Positions 1-8,923 of a DNA stretch of 64,000 nt are shown here, in pieces; position 1 is the first letter of the stretch; each line of letters opens with the position of its first letter. The notes beneath the pieces were generated by a model. It saw only the letters and a program-made list of their open reading frames with translations. It did not search any database and was not told the DNA's origin. The stretch is from IMG/VR virus record IMGVR_UViG_3300036939_000082, positions 64,001 through 128,000 of that record. One strand, written 5' to 3'. A program made the translations under genes and the position numbers. The DNA is from a virus.

Positions 1-41
1 TTGGTTACTATTCTTAATTGATTTCTCAAGCAAAAACAATC

Positions 42-80
42 AAAAAACCTGCAGTTTGATTGAGAAGTTGCAGGTTTTTT
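42..80. terminator. Bidirectional rho-independent terminator
   Basis: AAAAAACCTGCA...TGCAGGTTTTTT inverted repeat with A and T tails. Confidence 0.8.
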
Positions 81-98
81 TGTATATAGCAGTCAATA

Positions 99-110
99 AT
101 TGTTATAATT
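99..110 (+). promoter_or_regulatory. Extended -10 promoter (TGTTATAAT) upstream of LRR gene
   Basis: Perfect TGnTATAAT about 27 nt upstream of ATG 137; the same motif recurs before other accessory genes. Confidence 0.65.
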
Positions 111-136
111 AAAGTGTAAGCATTAATCATAGAGCA

Positions 137-877
137 ATGACAATTAAGCACACTCAAACTGTTTTAAGTAAATTCAACAACCTAGGTGAGCGAAAAGAGC
201 TTGCACTCACAAAACGTCAAATCAGCGACCTCAGTCTTCTAGGATGTTTGACTAACTTGACTTTACTCGAACTCGATCAAAATCAAGTTAGCAACATTGA
301 ATCGCTAAGAACTTTAACTAACTTGACAGAACTCTACCTCTGCGACAACCGAGTTAGCAACATTAAACCGTTAGCTGATTTGACTAATTTGACGAAACTC
401 AGTCTCAGACAGAATCAAGTTAGTAACATTGAACCGTTAAGTAAGTTGACCTGCTTGACCCAACTTAACCTCACCAACAATCAAATCAGCGACATTAAAA
501 CGCTAAAATCCTTGACTAACATACAATGGCTCAGCCTTGGAAACAATCAAATTAACGACATTAAATCGTTAGCTAAATTAACTAACCTGACCCAGCTCAT
601 GATTTACGGTAATCAAATCAGCGACCTTAAGCCTCTAAAAGATCTGACCGACCTACAATGGCTGAGCCTTGGAAACAATCAAATTAGTGACATTAAACCG
701 CTAGTATCTTTGACTCATCTGAATGGAATAGTTCTCGAAAACAATCAAATTAGCGACATTAAACCGCTAGCATCGCTCACCAATCTGACAAGACTCCATC
801 TCGGAGGCAATCAAATCAGCGATCGCGATATCCACTGGTTGTGCAAGAAGCTTCCAAAATGTGATATCACCATTTAA
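137..877 (+). CDS. Internalin-like leucine-rich repeat protein (accessory gene)
   Basis: About nine 22-aa repeats LxLxxNQISDIKPLxxLTNLTx plus C-cap LCKKLPKCDI. Confidence 0.92.
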   Translation: MTIKHTQTVLSKFNNLGERKELALTKRQISDLSLLGCLTNLTLLELDQNQVSNIESLRTLTNLTELYLCDNRVSNIKPLADLTNLTKLSLRQNQVSNIEPLSKLTCLTQLNLTNNQISDIKTLKSLTNIQWLSLGNNQINDIKSLAKLTNLTQLMIYGNQISDLKPLKDLTDLQWLSLGNNQISDIKPLVSLTHLNGIVLENNQISDIKPLASLTNLTRLHLGGNQISDRDIHWLCKKLPKCDITI

Positions 878-896
878 ATCTAGATCGATCTAGTTG

Positions 897-929
897 AAAA
901 AGCCTTGGAATTTAATTTCAAGGCTTTTT
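897..929. terminator. Bidirectional terminator after LRR gene
   Basis: AAAAAGCCTTGGAA...TTTCAAGGCTTTTT. Confidence 0.75.
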
Positions 930-1109
930 GTTCTCTAAATTGTGAAAATTACTTCAATACGACAATCGCCCGAAATGCGTTAGATTTACTGTATTTACTT
1001 ATCTTTCCCGATCGCGCGAACTTGAATTATAATCACCAAATCTAATTGCATTAAATTGATTTATTTGTTATAATAAATAACAATCATGTAAAACCCAAAA
1101 TACAAAATA

Positions 1110-1442
1110 ATGAAAAACTTAACAGGTGATGTGGTACCATTCACATCTCCATTGGGTACGGTAGTACCTCACATCAAAAGATGCGATGGCATCATACTTT
1201 GTGATTTCATTGGAATCGCAAAACTCTTAAACTATCCTATCGGAAAAGCATTGAACATGGCAAAAGAACGTGATTTAGTGACGACCGTCAACGGACACGT
1301 TTACTGTACGGCAGATGATTTCGCCTTTTGGACAGATGAACTTCCCGATGCTCCGTTGCCAGCAAAAGCGTTGGCAAGTAAAATTCATAAGACATCAGCT
1401 ACTGAAATGGCTTATTATTTCTTGTTTAACAACAACAAATAA
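1110..1442 (+). CDS. Hypothetical accessory protein
   Basis: 110-aa ORF with TGTTATAAT promoter near 1065 and terminator 1463-1497. Confidence 0.7.
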   Translation: MKNLTGDVVPFTSPLGTVVPHIKRCDGIILCDFIGIAKLLNYPIGKALNMAKERDLVTTVNGHVYCTADDFAFWTDELPDAPLPAKALASKIHKTSATEMAYYFLFNNNK

Positions 1443-1462
1443 AATCTGCTGTTAGCTTATTG

Positions 1463-1497
1463 AAACCGTCGCGATCAAATTAATTGCGACGGTTTTT
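1463..1497. terminator. Terminator with GCGATC next to the stem
   Basis: AAACCGTCGCGATC...TTGCGACGGTTTTT. Confidence 0.75.
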
Positions 1498-1641
1498 ATT
1501 TAAAATGATATTTTGTTTACCGCTTTTATATGTTAAAAATACATTTTCTTTATGAATACGTGATACAATATAATAAGTTACACAATACGACACAAAACAA
1601 TGAAAACAACAGCAAGGTGATCGTATGATATAACACGAATT

Positions 1642-1860
1642 TTGAGAGAGCTAAATAAACTTTCTCGACACGAAAAGCTTCTCATAATAGGAGCAGTTTA
1701 CTGCTCGTCACGCGGCCCCGAAACAGTTACAAGTCTTGTTAATCGTTCTGTTGAGAAGCCATCTCAGGATTTCACAGATGCAGTACAGGAAATTTCCTGT
1801 TTGGAGAAAACAGAATTAACGGATTTGGCAAAAACCTTAAGTTTTATCTATTTCCATTAA
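1642..1860 (+). CDS. Small hypothetical accessory protein
   Basis: 72-aa ORF (TTG start) followed directly by terminator 1865-1904. Confidence 0.55.
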   Translation: MRELNKLSRHEKLLIIGAVYCSSRGPETVTSLVNRSVEKPSQDFTDAVQEISCLEKTELTDLAKTLSFIYFH

Positions 1861-1864
1861 AGTG

Positions 1865-1904
1865 AAAACCTCGCGATCAAATCGGTTTGATCGCGAGGTT
1901 TTTT
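1865..1904. terminator. Bidirectional terminator with GCGATC/GATCGC stem
   Basis: AAAACCTCGCGATCAAA-TCGG-TTTGATCGCGAGGTTTTTT, near-perfect inverted repeat. Confidence 0.85.
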
Positions 1905-1958
1905 GTTGTCAAAATTCACTTTATCACTTATAAGGGTCGATACTTACTTAAAATCAAA

Positions 1959-2078
1959 AGGCGCGCTGGGAGTCGAACCCGAGGCAACGAACTGCAAACG
2001 GTTTGGGAAATCCACCTACTTGCAACGGTAGTCTGAACTACATAGTAGCTAATCTAGATCCGGTCTAGAATCACGCCT
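1959..2078 (-). ncRNA. tRNA-like structured RNA, non-canonical, 120 nt
   Basis: 7-bp acceptor-like stem AGGCGTG/CGCGCCT, T-loop GGG-TTCGACT-CCC, D-like arm TCTAGA-CCGGA-TCTAGA, extra internal hairpins; no encoded CCA. Confidence 0.55.
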
Positions 2079-2109
2079 TCGCCTGTTACGGCTAAGCTAT
2101 TATATCTTA

Positions 2110-2943
2110 TTACCAATCCGTCGGCAAGCCAGTCGATCGCCCGCCAACGGCAACTGCGATTCGTCCCCACCCGCTGTCACCCCAAATAGCTTCTAAAGAC
2201 GCTTGGCTGTAGACATCGTATTTCCCGCTGTCACCGCCGATCACCGCGTAGTAATCGGCGGTGCCGGCCCTAGAACCGTAGGGGTCGTGAACGTAGAATA
2301 CTCGTTTGGCGCGATCGTACCCAACCAGCAAAATCATGTGACCGCTGATTTTGTAAGTGACTCCCAGCACCACGGGATAGCCGTTTTCAAGAGAGTGAAT
2401 CGCTTCTGGAACGTCTAGGGTGTAACTGAAATAGCTGTCAATCCCTATATCTCGTAGAACTTTTGTCTGGGCTCCGTGGTCGATAGTGTCACCGTATTTG
2501 TTTAAAATTTTACCGTAGTAGTCTTCCGGCTCCTGTAAACCGTCATTCTCAGCTCTTTGGGAAAGAGTTTTTTGACCGAATTTCTCTAACAGGTATTCGG
2601 CAAACATCGCGCAGGCTGTCAGGTTGCACTGGCGCGTTCCGGGTCCGAAATAGCCGCTGTAGTTATCGACTTGGCTAAAATATTTGACATCCAATCGAGT
2701 GGTAGCTTCTGGTAGCTGCCAGTGCGGAGAGTAAATGTAGCCCTTTTTAATTAAAGTGCCGTCGATCGCCTCAATACCGTCAGCAAGCACTATTTGATAA
2801 TGCTGATCTCGAACGGGAGTAAGATCCGAGTAATTGAATAAAGTTTGACCGAGGGCGATCGAAGCTTTGTCTGAAGGTAGCAGGCTCGCTGCATCTTGCA
2901 TTTTAGCTTTTAAGACGGTAGCTTTAAGCGCTTGAATTGTCAT
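2110..2943 (-). CDS. C39-like peptidase (putative cyanophage endolysin) with N-terminal SH3-like domain
   Basis: QCNLTACAM (Cys), SGHMILLVGYD (His), VHDPYG motifs; N-terminal cyanobacterial cell-wall-binding-like domain. Confidence 0.8.
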   Translation of the reverse strand: MTIQALKATVLKAKMQDAASLLPSDKASIALGQTLFNYSDLTPVRDQHYQIVLADGIEAIDGTLIKKGYIYSPHWQLPEATTRLDVKYFSQVDNYSGYFGPGTRQCNLTACAMFAEYLLEKFGQKTLSQRAENDGLQEPEDYYGKILNKYGDTIDHGAQTKVLRDIGIDSYFSYTLDVPEAIHSLENGYPVVLGVTYKISGHMILLVGYDRAKRVFYVHDPYGSRAGTADYYAVIGGDSGKYDVYSQASLEAIWGDSGWGRIAVAVGGRSTGLPTDW

Positions 2944-3111
2944 GGTTTTGGGTAAATTTTACAAAAAAACTGGTAAACATCAGGTTCCCAGTTAAGGTTG
3001 GATATTTGTGTTTTTTGGGGCGATCGCTCAAATATTGTTGGAACAATTCGTGCTAGAGTGTACGAGTAAACTAAGCCCTTGACAAAGGCTTGGGATATAT
3101 CAACAGACTTG

Positions 3112-3139
3112 AAGCTCCCAACCCATCTGGGAGCTTTTT
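3112..3139 (+). terminator. Hairpin terminator
   Basis: AAGCTCCCA...TGGGAGCTTTTT. Confidence 0.6.
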
Positions 3140-3189
3140 GTTTTTGACCTAGCGCGATCTCGCCCTCAACTTCGCAAAAATGCGACTTT

Positions 3190-3693
3190 TTACGCCAAAC
3201 TCTGAACCCACTTGATAGACGCTTCGATCGCGCGATCGCTCAAAATTCTCACCACGTCCGACCACTGCAAAATCTCAACTTGTTTTAGTTCTTGAGCTTT
3301 TTTGAGAGTGATAGCGGAAATTGCGCTGTTGATTTCAACAGGTTCGGCGGTCATGAAAAAATTAATCAAGCGAACGCTTTCAATCGGAACGCCGGGTTCA
3401 GCGGTCGAAGGAATAAAAGGTTCTAGCGGCGGTATCAACTGCAAGTTTGAATTTTGGTCGATATATACCTGGCGATCGACTGCTGCTACTTCTACTGGTT
3501 CCGGCTCTGGCTGCTTTTCCGGTTCCACCAACTTGCAATACCCGCTAGCGACCAGCCAATTTGCTACGGACTGATAGTTCGTAGTCAAGCGCCCCCCCAG
3601 TCCGGGTCGAGTTACAATCCCGTGACCCGGAACAACTAATATTGGGGGGCGCGATCGCCATTTATTTGTAACAACAAGAGAAATACTTAACAT
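3190..3693 (-). CDS. Hypothetical protein of head operon
   Basis: 167-aa ORF translationally coupled to 3696..4181. Confidence 0.7.
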   Translation of the reverse strand: MLSISLVVTNKWRSRPPILVVPGHGIVTRPGLGGRLTTNYQSVANWLVASGYCKLVEPEKQPEPEPVEVAAVDRQVYIDQNSNLQLIPPLEPFIPSTAEPGVPIESVRLINFFMTAEPVEINSAISAITLKKAQELKQVEILQWSDVVRILSDRAIEASIKWVQSLA

Positions 3694-3695
3694 TT

Positions 3696-4181
3696 TTAAC
3701 CCTCAAACCTAGAACCGCGAGGAGCCCTTACGTCGAGCCTGAAAATTCCTTGATCGGTGAAATCTTTCATGTCAACGATATAGTACGAAATGATGTCTGC
3801 TTCTGCCTCTGCTCTATCTTGCAAATAGACGGTAGGAACTATTTCTACATACCCAAATGAAGTAGAAATAGCTGGTACTTTAACGCCGGGAATTATCTCT
3901 TTTACGTGATGAAACAATTGCAGCTTTTTGAGTTGTGCAGTAATCAATCGAACACCAGCTCCGCTACAAAAAATATGTGTCGGTTTGATCGGCAATTTTG
4001 GTCGATACGCCGATCTTGTACAGATTTCGTCAATCTTGTCACAAATTACATCGGGATTATCGCTAGTGATGTCTGCTTCAAAAAGGTTACTAGCAGGTAT
4101 TTCAGCTACCATTCCGTTCAAAACAATCCGACATTCTACGACATCTAAGCTTTTTAGTAATTTGTCGTGGTTTTTGTTCAT
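3696..4181 (-). CDS. Truncated paralogue of major capsid C-terminal half
   Basis: Aligns to capsid from NGMVA onward (PTHIFCSGAG, VPTVYLQD, identical end GIFRLDVRAPRGSRFEG); about 48 aa internally deleted; new 20-aa N-terminus. Confidence 0.85.
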   Translation of the reverse strand: MNKNHDKLLKSLDVVECRIVLNGMVAEIPASNLFEADITSDNPDVICDKIDEICTRSAYRPKLPIKPTHIFCSGAGVRLITAQLKKLQLFHHVKEIIPGVKVPAISTSFGYVEIVPTVYLQDRAEAEADIISYYIVDMKDFTDQGIFRLDVRAPRGSRFEG

Positions 4182-4225
4182 AATCTTGTCCCGTTAAAGC
4201 CTCTTTCCTATCGTGATTGGCATTG

Positions 4226-5281
4226 TCAGCCCTCAAACCTAGAACCGCGAGGGGCTCTTACGTCGAGCCTAAAAATTCCCCGACCTTCGTCCATAGCTTT
4301 TGGAGTTCCGTAAAGAATAATCATTCTTTCTCGCAGGGTTGGCAAACCGTTCACTACGTGACTCAAGTCAAAAATCTGAGGTTCAAATTTTCTTTCGCCG
4401 CCGTATGGGTAAACGCCGAACCACGCAAAATTGTTCATATCGACGATATAGTACGAAATAATATCTGCATCTGGCTCAGCTTTGTCTTGCAAATAAACGG
4501 TAGGAACTATTTCTACTTCTCCAAACGAAGTAGAAATAGCTGGCACTCTAACGCCCGGAGTTATCTCTTTAACGTTGTGATACAGTTGCAACTGTTTAAT
4601 CTCTTTGGTAATCAATCGATTACCGGCTCCGCTACAAAAAATGTGTGTCGGATAGTGTTCGATCAGCGAATTTGGTCGATACGCCGACATCTGGCAAATA
4701 AGATCGATTTTGTCGTGAATTGCATCTGGATCGTCAGTGGTTATATCTGCCGTGAAAACGTTAGTTTCCGGCATTTGAGCTACCATTCCGTTGAAAGCAA
4801 GCGGGTTAACTCTTGCGTCTCCGGTAAATAAAGATCGTTCTAAAAAACGCATTGCCGACAAAATTAAATTGTCGGTATCTGTTGACATTTGATCGCCAAA
4901 AGCGTTTTTTTGCTGGTGGGCCATGCTCAGAGCAAAGTGTTCGCAGTGAATGCGCCCGACAATTGCTTTAACTTCTTGTCCGGGACCGTAGCCGAGGGAA
5001 ACTGGAGGTTGAGTGACAACGGCTTCTAAGTTTCCTCTAGGGGCAAACGCGACTGTCGGCAGCGAGGAACTAATCATTTCTTGGATGATCGGTGATGCTG
5101 CCGGAAGTTTTGTTTTAATTTTATTCCAAAACTTTGTAACTTTGACTCGGTAATCTCCAATAACAGGCAAATAATCTTGGCGGACTGCCAATCCACCAAG
5201 ATTGCTAGCTGCCGCTTGAATTGTGGAATTGTAGACTCCAAGAGGATTCTCAAAAGTGATTTCGCTTACGTGATTAGGCAT
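4226..5281 (-). CDS. Major capsid protein (HK97 fold)
   Basis: 351 aa directly after protease/scaffold; LERSLFTGD...FNGM motif typical of capsids. Confidence 0.8.
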   Translation of the reverse strand: MPNHVSEITFENPLGVYNSTIQAAASNLGGLAVRQDYLPVIGDYRVKVTKFWNKIKTKLPAASPIIQEMISSSLPTVAFAPRGNLEAVVTQPPVSLGYGPGQEVKAIVGRIHCEHFALSMAHQQKNAFGDQMSTDTDNLILSAMRFLERSLFTGDARVNPLAFNGMVAQMPETNVFTADITTDDPDAIHDKIDLICQMSAYRPNSLIEHYPTHIFCSGAGNRLITKEIKQLQLYHNVKEITPGVRVPAISTSFGEVEIVPTVYLQDKAEPDADIISYYIVDMNNFAWFGVYPYGGERKFEPQIFDLSHVVNGLPTLRERMIILYGTPKAMDEGRGIFRLDVRAPRGSRFEG

Positions 5282-5311
5282 TTAGTTAAACTCAATACGA
5301 AAAGAATAAAA

Positions 5312-5338
5312 AGCCGAGAAAATGATGGTTTCCCGGCT
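5312..5338 (-). promoter_or_regulatory. Conserved leader hairpin before capsid gene
   Basis: GCCGGGAAACC...TTTCTCGGCT followed by U tract; near-identical to 7012-7046. Confidence 0.55.
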
Positions 5339-5366
5339 GAGGTTGTATTTGCGGTGTTTTGCGGTA

Positions 5367-6992
5367 TTAGTTCGCAGATAATTGTTTCAATTGGTGGACT
5401 TCATCTACAAGTGCATTTCGCTGAGGACCGATGATTTGTTCTCTTTCCATAACTGCTAGTTCTCCCATCGCCATCATCAACCGATCGCGCACCGCGTTTG
5501 GCTGTTGGCTTTCCTGTCCGGAAGCTTCGACTCCCACTATCGGCTGAGTGAACCTCGGGGGCGATCGGCGAGGATTGATTGTGCTAAGAATATCGTCTTT
5601 TAGTGGAGCAACTTGAGCTTGCACTTGGGCTTGTACCGCAGCGCCAATAGCTGCAATTAGCTGCTTTTGTTCTTCTTCTTTTTGAGCCGCCAAAGTTTGC
5701 GATTGAGCTGCGACGATAGATCTTTCCCGCTCTGCTTGAATGGTTTGCAGCATTTGTTCCTGAGAATTGACTGTTTCTGTCAGTTGCGCAATCCTAGCCG
5801 CTGCAAGTTCAGCTTCTTTGGCGCTAGCTGCCCTAATTTCTGCTAAGGTTGTTTGGAGTTCTCCGATCGCCCGTTCTAATTCCATATTTTCTTGTACTCC
5901 TTCTGTTAATTGGTTTTCTGTTGCAGATGCTGCGATTTCATCCATTGAAATTCGCGTCTTTTGATACGTTGCTCTATTCTTGAGCAAAATATTTGCGCCT
6001 AAAATTTCTAGGTTGGATAACTGAAAAACTTTTGAGTCATTCATCGGGACAATATTTCCAGATGCCTTTCCGTTTAGAGACATCCCTAAATTGTCTTGAT
6101 TGAGTACAATTGCTTTTACAGTATCTTTTTTGTTCCAATCGAACAAGTGTCCTTTGACAATAAAGTCTGAACCCTCTATTTCTGCTGAAGACATAATTCC
6201 AACGATTTTTTCATTAGCGTGTTTTAAAAAAGAATCGTCGGCATCAAGAGGCAGTCCGGGCGTGGAATTGACAAATTCCATTGCTTTTTCTGCCACGTCC
6301 CTAGGAATAAGCAAAGGATACGCAGAACCTTTTGACGGTGCCGTTTCCGAAGGTTCGTCAATCCTAAACAGCACTCCTTTTAAGGGCGTAGTGTTTGCGT
6401 TTGGATTGGAAGCTTCTAAAGTTTCTAGAGATTCAGCATCTACTTCGATCGCCCCTTCAAGAACTAGGGGTTCTTCAAGACCAAAAAGCAAATCTACATC
6501 CACTAACTCCGATGCAGAGTCTACTAGCTCAGAAGCAGATAGTTCGTTAGAGTTTTCGGCTTTAGCGCAATAAAGACCGCCGTGCATCATTCCAAAATCT
6601 TCTGGAATCGGATCGAGAGCGGAAGCTTCCAGCAATATTTCTTCCAAAGTGTCCTTAAAGTCGGAAACAATTGCAGGTACTCGATCTGCTGCATCGCGGG
6701 GATTCCGAAAAAGTCCAGAACACATAAATTCGAGATGGCTGAGCAACTGACGAAAATTGCTAAAGACAATTTCTCTTTTGTACCGTTCCCGAAGAGTCAT
6801 AGCTGCACCCGCTTCCAAGGTGTTTTCACCCTCAAAAACGTCTGGAACCCCTTCAAAAAGATTGCTTAAATCCGATGTAGAAATCGTGCCTGCGTCTATA
6901 AGCGTTTTCCCTAGATCTACAAACGCCTTTTTTAGGCGATCGCCGTTTAACTGAGATATTTGTTTTCCGACTGCGGTTAGTTCATGGTGCAT
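5367..6992 (-). CDS. Prohead protease-scaffold fusion
   Basis: Between portal and capsid; central KHANEKIVG...KGHLF...LGMS protease-like motifs; C-terminal coiled coil. Confidence 0.72.
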   Translation of the reverse strand: MHHELTAVGKQISQLNGDRLKKAFVDLGKTLIDAGTISTSDLSNLFEGVPDVFEGENTLEAGAAMTLRERYKREIVFSNFRQLLSHLEFMCSGLFRNPRDAADRVPAIVSDFKDTLEEILLEASALDPIPEDFGMMHGGLYCAKAENSNELSASELVDSASELVDVDLLFGLEEPLVLEGAIEVDAESLETLEASNPNANTTPLKGVLFRIDEPSETAPSKGSAYPLLIPRDVAEKAMEFVNSTPGLPLDADDSFLKHANEKIVGIMSSAEIEGSDFIVKGHLFDWNKKDTVKAIVLNQDNLGMSLNGKASGNIVPMNDSKVFQLSNLEILGANILLKNRATYQKTRISMDEIAASATENQLTEGVQENMELERAIGELQTTLAEIRAASAKEAELAAARIAQLTETVNSQEQMLQTIQAERERSIVAAQSQTLAAQKEEEQKQLIAAIGAAVQAQVQAQVAPLKDDILSTINPRRSPPRFTQPIVGVEASGQESQQPNAVRDRLMMAMGELAVMEREQIIGPQRNALVDEVHQLKQLSAN

Positions 6993-7011
6993 TTTGGGTT
7001 TAAAAACAAAT

Positions 7012-7046
7012 AGCCGAGAAACTACTGTGATAGTGGTTCCCCGGCG
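7012..7046 (-). promoter_or_regulatory. Conserved leader hairpin before protease/scaffold gene
   Basis: GCCGGGGAACC...GTTTCTCGGCT, shares arms with 5312-5338. Confidence 0.55.
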
Positions 7047-7063
7047 AAGGTGCGTGTGTCGTT

Positions 7064-8479
7064 TTAGAATAATTTTAATTGTACTCCATTAGTTTCGTCT
7101 ATGGAAGACCTCTTGGGTTTTCGTTGAGATTTGCGTCGAGTTCTGCCTTGAGCTTGCGGTGGACTTATGGGAAGTTCCATTGGTAATGTCGGAGGTTCCG
7201 CTGCAATTGCAGGAGGTTCTCCGGTCGCCCCCGGTTTTCCTTCAAAAAATTTATCCCCACCTTCTTCGCTTAAAGGTTTTTCACCGACGCGCCTTCTACT
7301 TTCGTCTTTCGTAATAATTCCGTTAGTGTACAGAGTGCTTGCTGTGTCAGCTTCCTCGCTTTCTTTTCTCGGTTCCGTGTCAGTCAGCGTCAAGGTGTAC
7401 CCAGGAGCATAAAAGTCGATTACTTTGATGTTTAAATTTTCAATTACGCAGGTGGCGATCGGCAAGATTGCATCTTGAAACGTCAAGTCCGCTGCAGGTC
7501 CCATCGTCGATCGGTTGTCGTGGGGGTCAATTCCGTAATCGCGTTTCGACAGTCCAAACTCGATCGCGATCAACCCAGCCAGATAGTCGGAAAATTTCAA
7601 AAACAGCTCTTCGTCGTTTTTGGCTCCAAATTTTATGACATCTACTTTGCCTGCTAAGATTGGAACCTCTCCAGATCCTACAACGTGAACCTTCCAATAG
7701 TCTCGAAACGGTTGCAATTCGTCGTGAGTGGCATTTTCAACTGTGATCATGTAATCCCGTACCGGATTGTTCACTATCCGACTTTGATAGTTATCGAGAT
7801 CTAGCCATGTAGTTAAGCGTTCGTAGGCGCAAGCTACCGGAGATGGCGGAAACAATTCGTTACTCGCAGATCGGTTTTGAATTAAGAAAAGATTTTTGCT
7901 GAGAATCGGTATCCAGTTATTGTCGTCTAAATAATGATAAGAACTTCTGTCTTGGTTTTGGCAGTACCAAAACTTGGGGTCTATACCTTCCCTAGACGCA
8001 TCCCAATTTTTATCTAGGTGAACTTTTTCCGGTGGAACCGCCCACAGCCAAAAGGGTTGAAATCCTTCGGTTCCCGGTTGCCTTTCTACCGCTGCAACGC
8101 CCATAACTAAGATATCCCGGATTATTGCTTTGACGAAACTGCTGTACAAGTCGTGTTCCGCATTGTTCGGTTGGCTCAGCGCCTTAGTTAATTCGAGCGT
8201 TTTTTTTCGAGCGCCTTCGTCATCGCTCAGTTCTTCTGGCGGGGCGATCGTCCACGGCATCGCCACAACAGCATTCGAGATCCGCTCGATCGCCCGCGAA
8301 AACAAAGTCTTTTTGGAAATCGATCTCAATTTTTGGGGACTCACCGGATCGCAGTTGAGCGATTTATTAAAGTGACCCACTGGATTGAAATACTCCGAGG
8401 CACTATATAATGAGGCAATGGCGCGTTGCTGATACTGAAAATCTGGAACGGGCGATCGGGTTAAGCTGTTTGGAACCAT
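7064..8479 (-). CDS. Portal protein (HK97-like)
   Basis: AIERISNAVVAMPW, PNN, DILVMGVAAVER, SPVACA and C-terminal ITKDESRRRVGEKPL..GGD motifs. Confidence 0.9.
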   Translation of the reverse strand: MVPNSLTRSPVPDFQYQQRAIASLYSASEYFNPVGHFNKSLNCDPVSPQKLRSISKKTLFSRAIERISNAVVAMPWTIAPPEELSDDEGARKKTLELTKALSQPNNAEHDLYSSFVKAIIRDILVMGVAAVERQPGTEGFQPFWLWAVPPEKVHLDKNWDASREGIDPKFWYCQNQDRSSYHYLDDNNWIPILSKNLFLIQNRSASNELFPPSPVACAYERLTTWLDLDNYQSRIVNNPVRDYMITVENATHDELQPFRDYWKVHVVGSGEVPILAGKVDVIKFGAKNDEELFLKFSDYLAGLIAIEFGLSKRDYGIDPHDNRSTMGPAADLTFQDAILPIATCVIENLNIKVIDFYAPGYTLTLTDTEPRKESEEADTASTLYTNGIITKDESRRRVGEKPLSEEGGDKFFEGKPGATGEPPAIAAEPPTLPMELPISPPQAQGRTRRKSQRKPKRSSIDETNGVQLKLF

Positions 8480-8923
8480 ATCAAAAAAAAATACCGCAAT
8501 CTGTAGGGACTCCGGCTAGGAAAAATATTTAATTTTATGACTCTTGATTCGATCGCCCGCAGAGCGTCGCCCGCAGTTATTTACGGTCGCGATATTCCGA
8601 GGAAATCAAATAAAATGAGTATCTACAACGATACCCTGATTCCTTACTTTTTGCTCGAAAATTCGGGGGAGCCTCGGAACTTCCGGGAATTCTTGATCCA
8701 GAACGAGGTTGGTTCTGTATTTGAAGAGATGTATCCGGGGATGGAAGTCAAGGTTCAGCGGGGGGGTGATCGGGGGGGTGAGTTCCTGCGTCACCCGGAA
8801 GCTTGATTTTTTTTACAAAATTGTAGGTTTTTCCAAGACAATTGTTGGTTCTATACAAAATCGCGTTGTTTCTTGCAAGCAATAATATACAATAAAATCA
8901 TCAACTGTCGTTACGGGTAAAGT

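Noticed and set aside
1959-2078. Canonical tRNA or tmRNA call
   Set aside because: No 7-nt anticodon loop on a 5-bp stem in the right position, too long for a tRNA, too short for tmRNA, no CCA; kept only as tRNA-like
4217-4831. 204-aa plus-strand ORF
   Set aside because: Antisense shadow of the capsid gene; no recognisable motifs
6495-6545. SASELVD tandem repeat in the scaffold protein
   Set aside because: Short two-copy linker duplication with no wider pattern
8537-8806. Overlapping ORFs on both strands upstream of portal, with G-runs GGGGGGGTGATCGGGGGGG
   Set aside because: Neither ORF shows a family signature, and I cannot choose a strand or support phase variation
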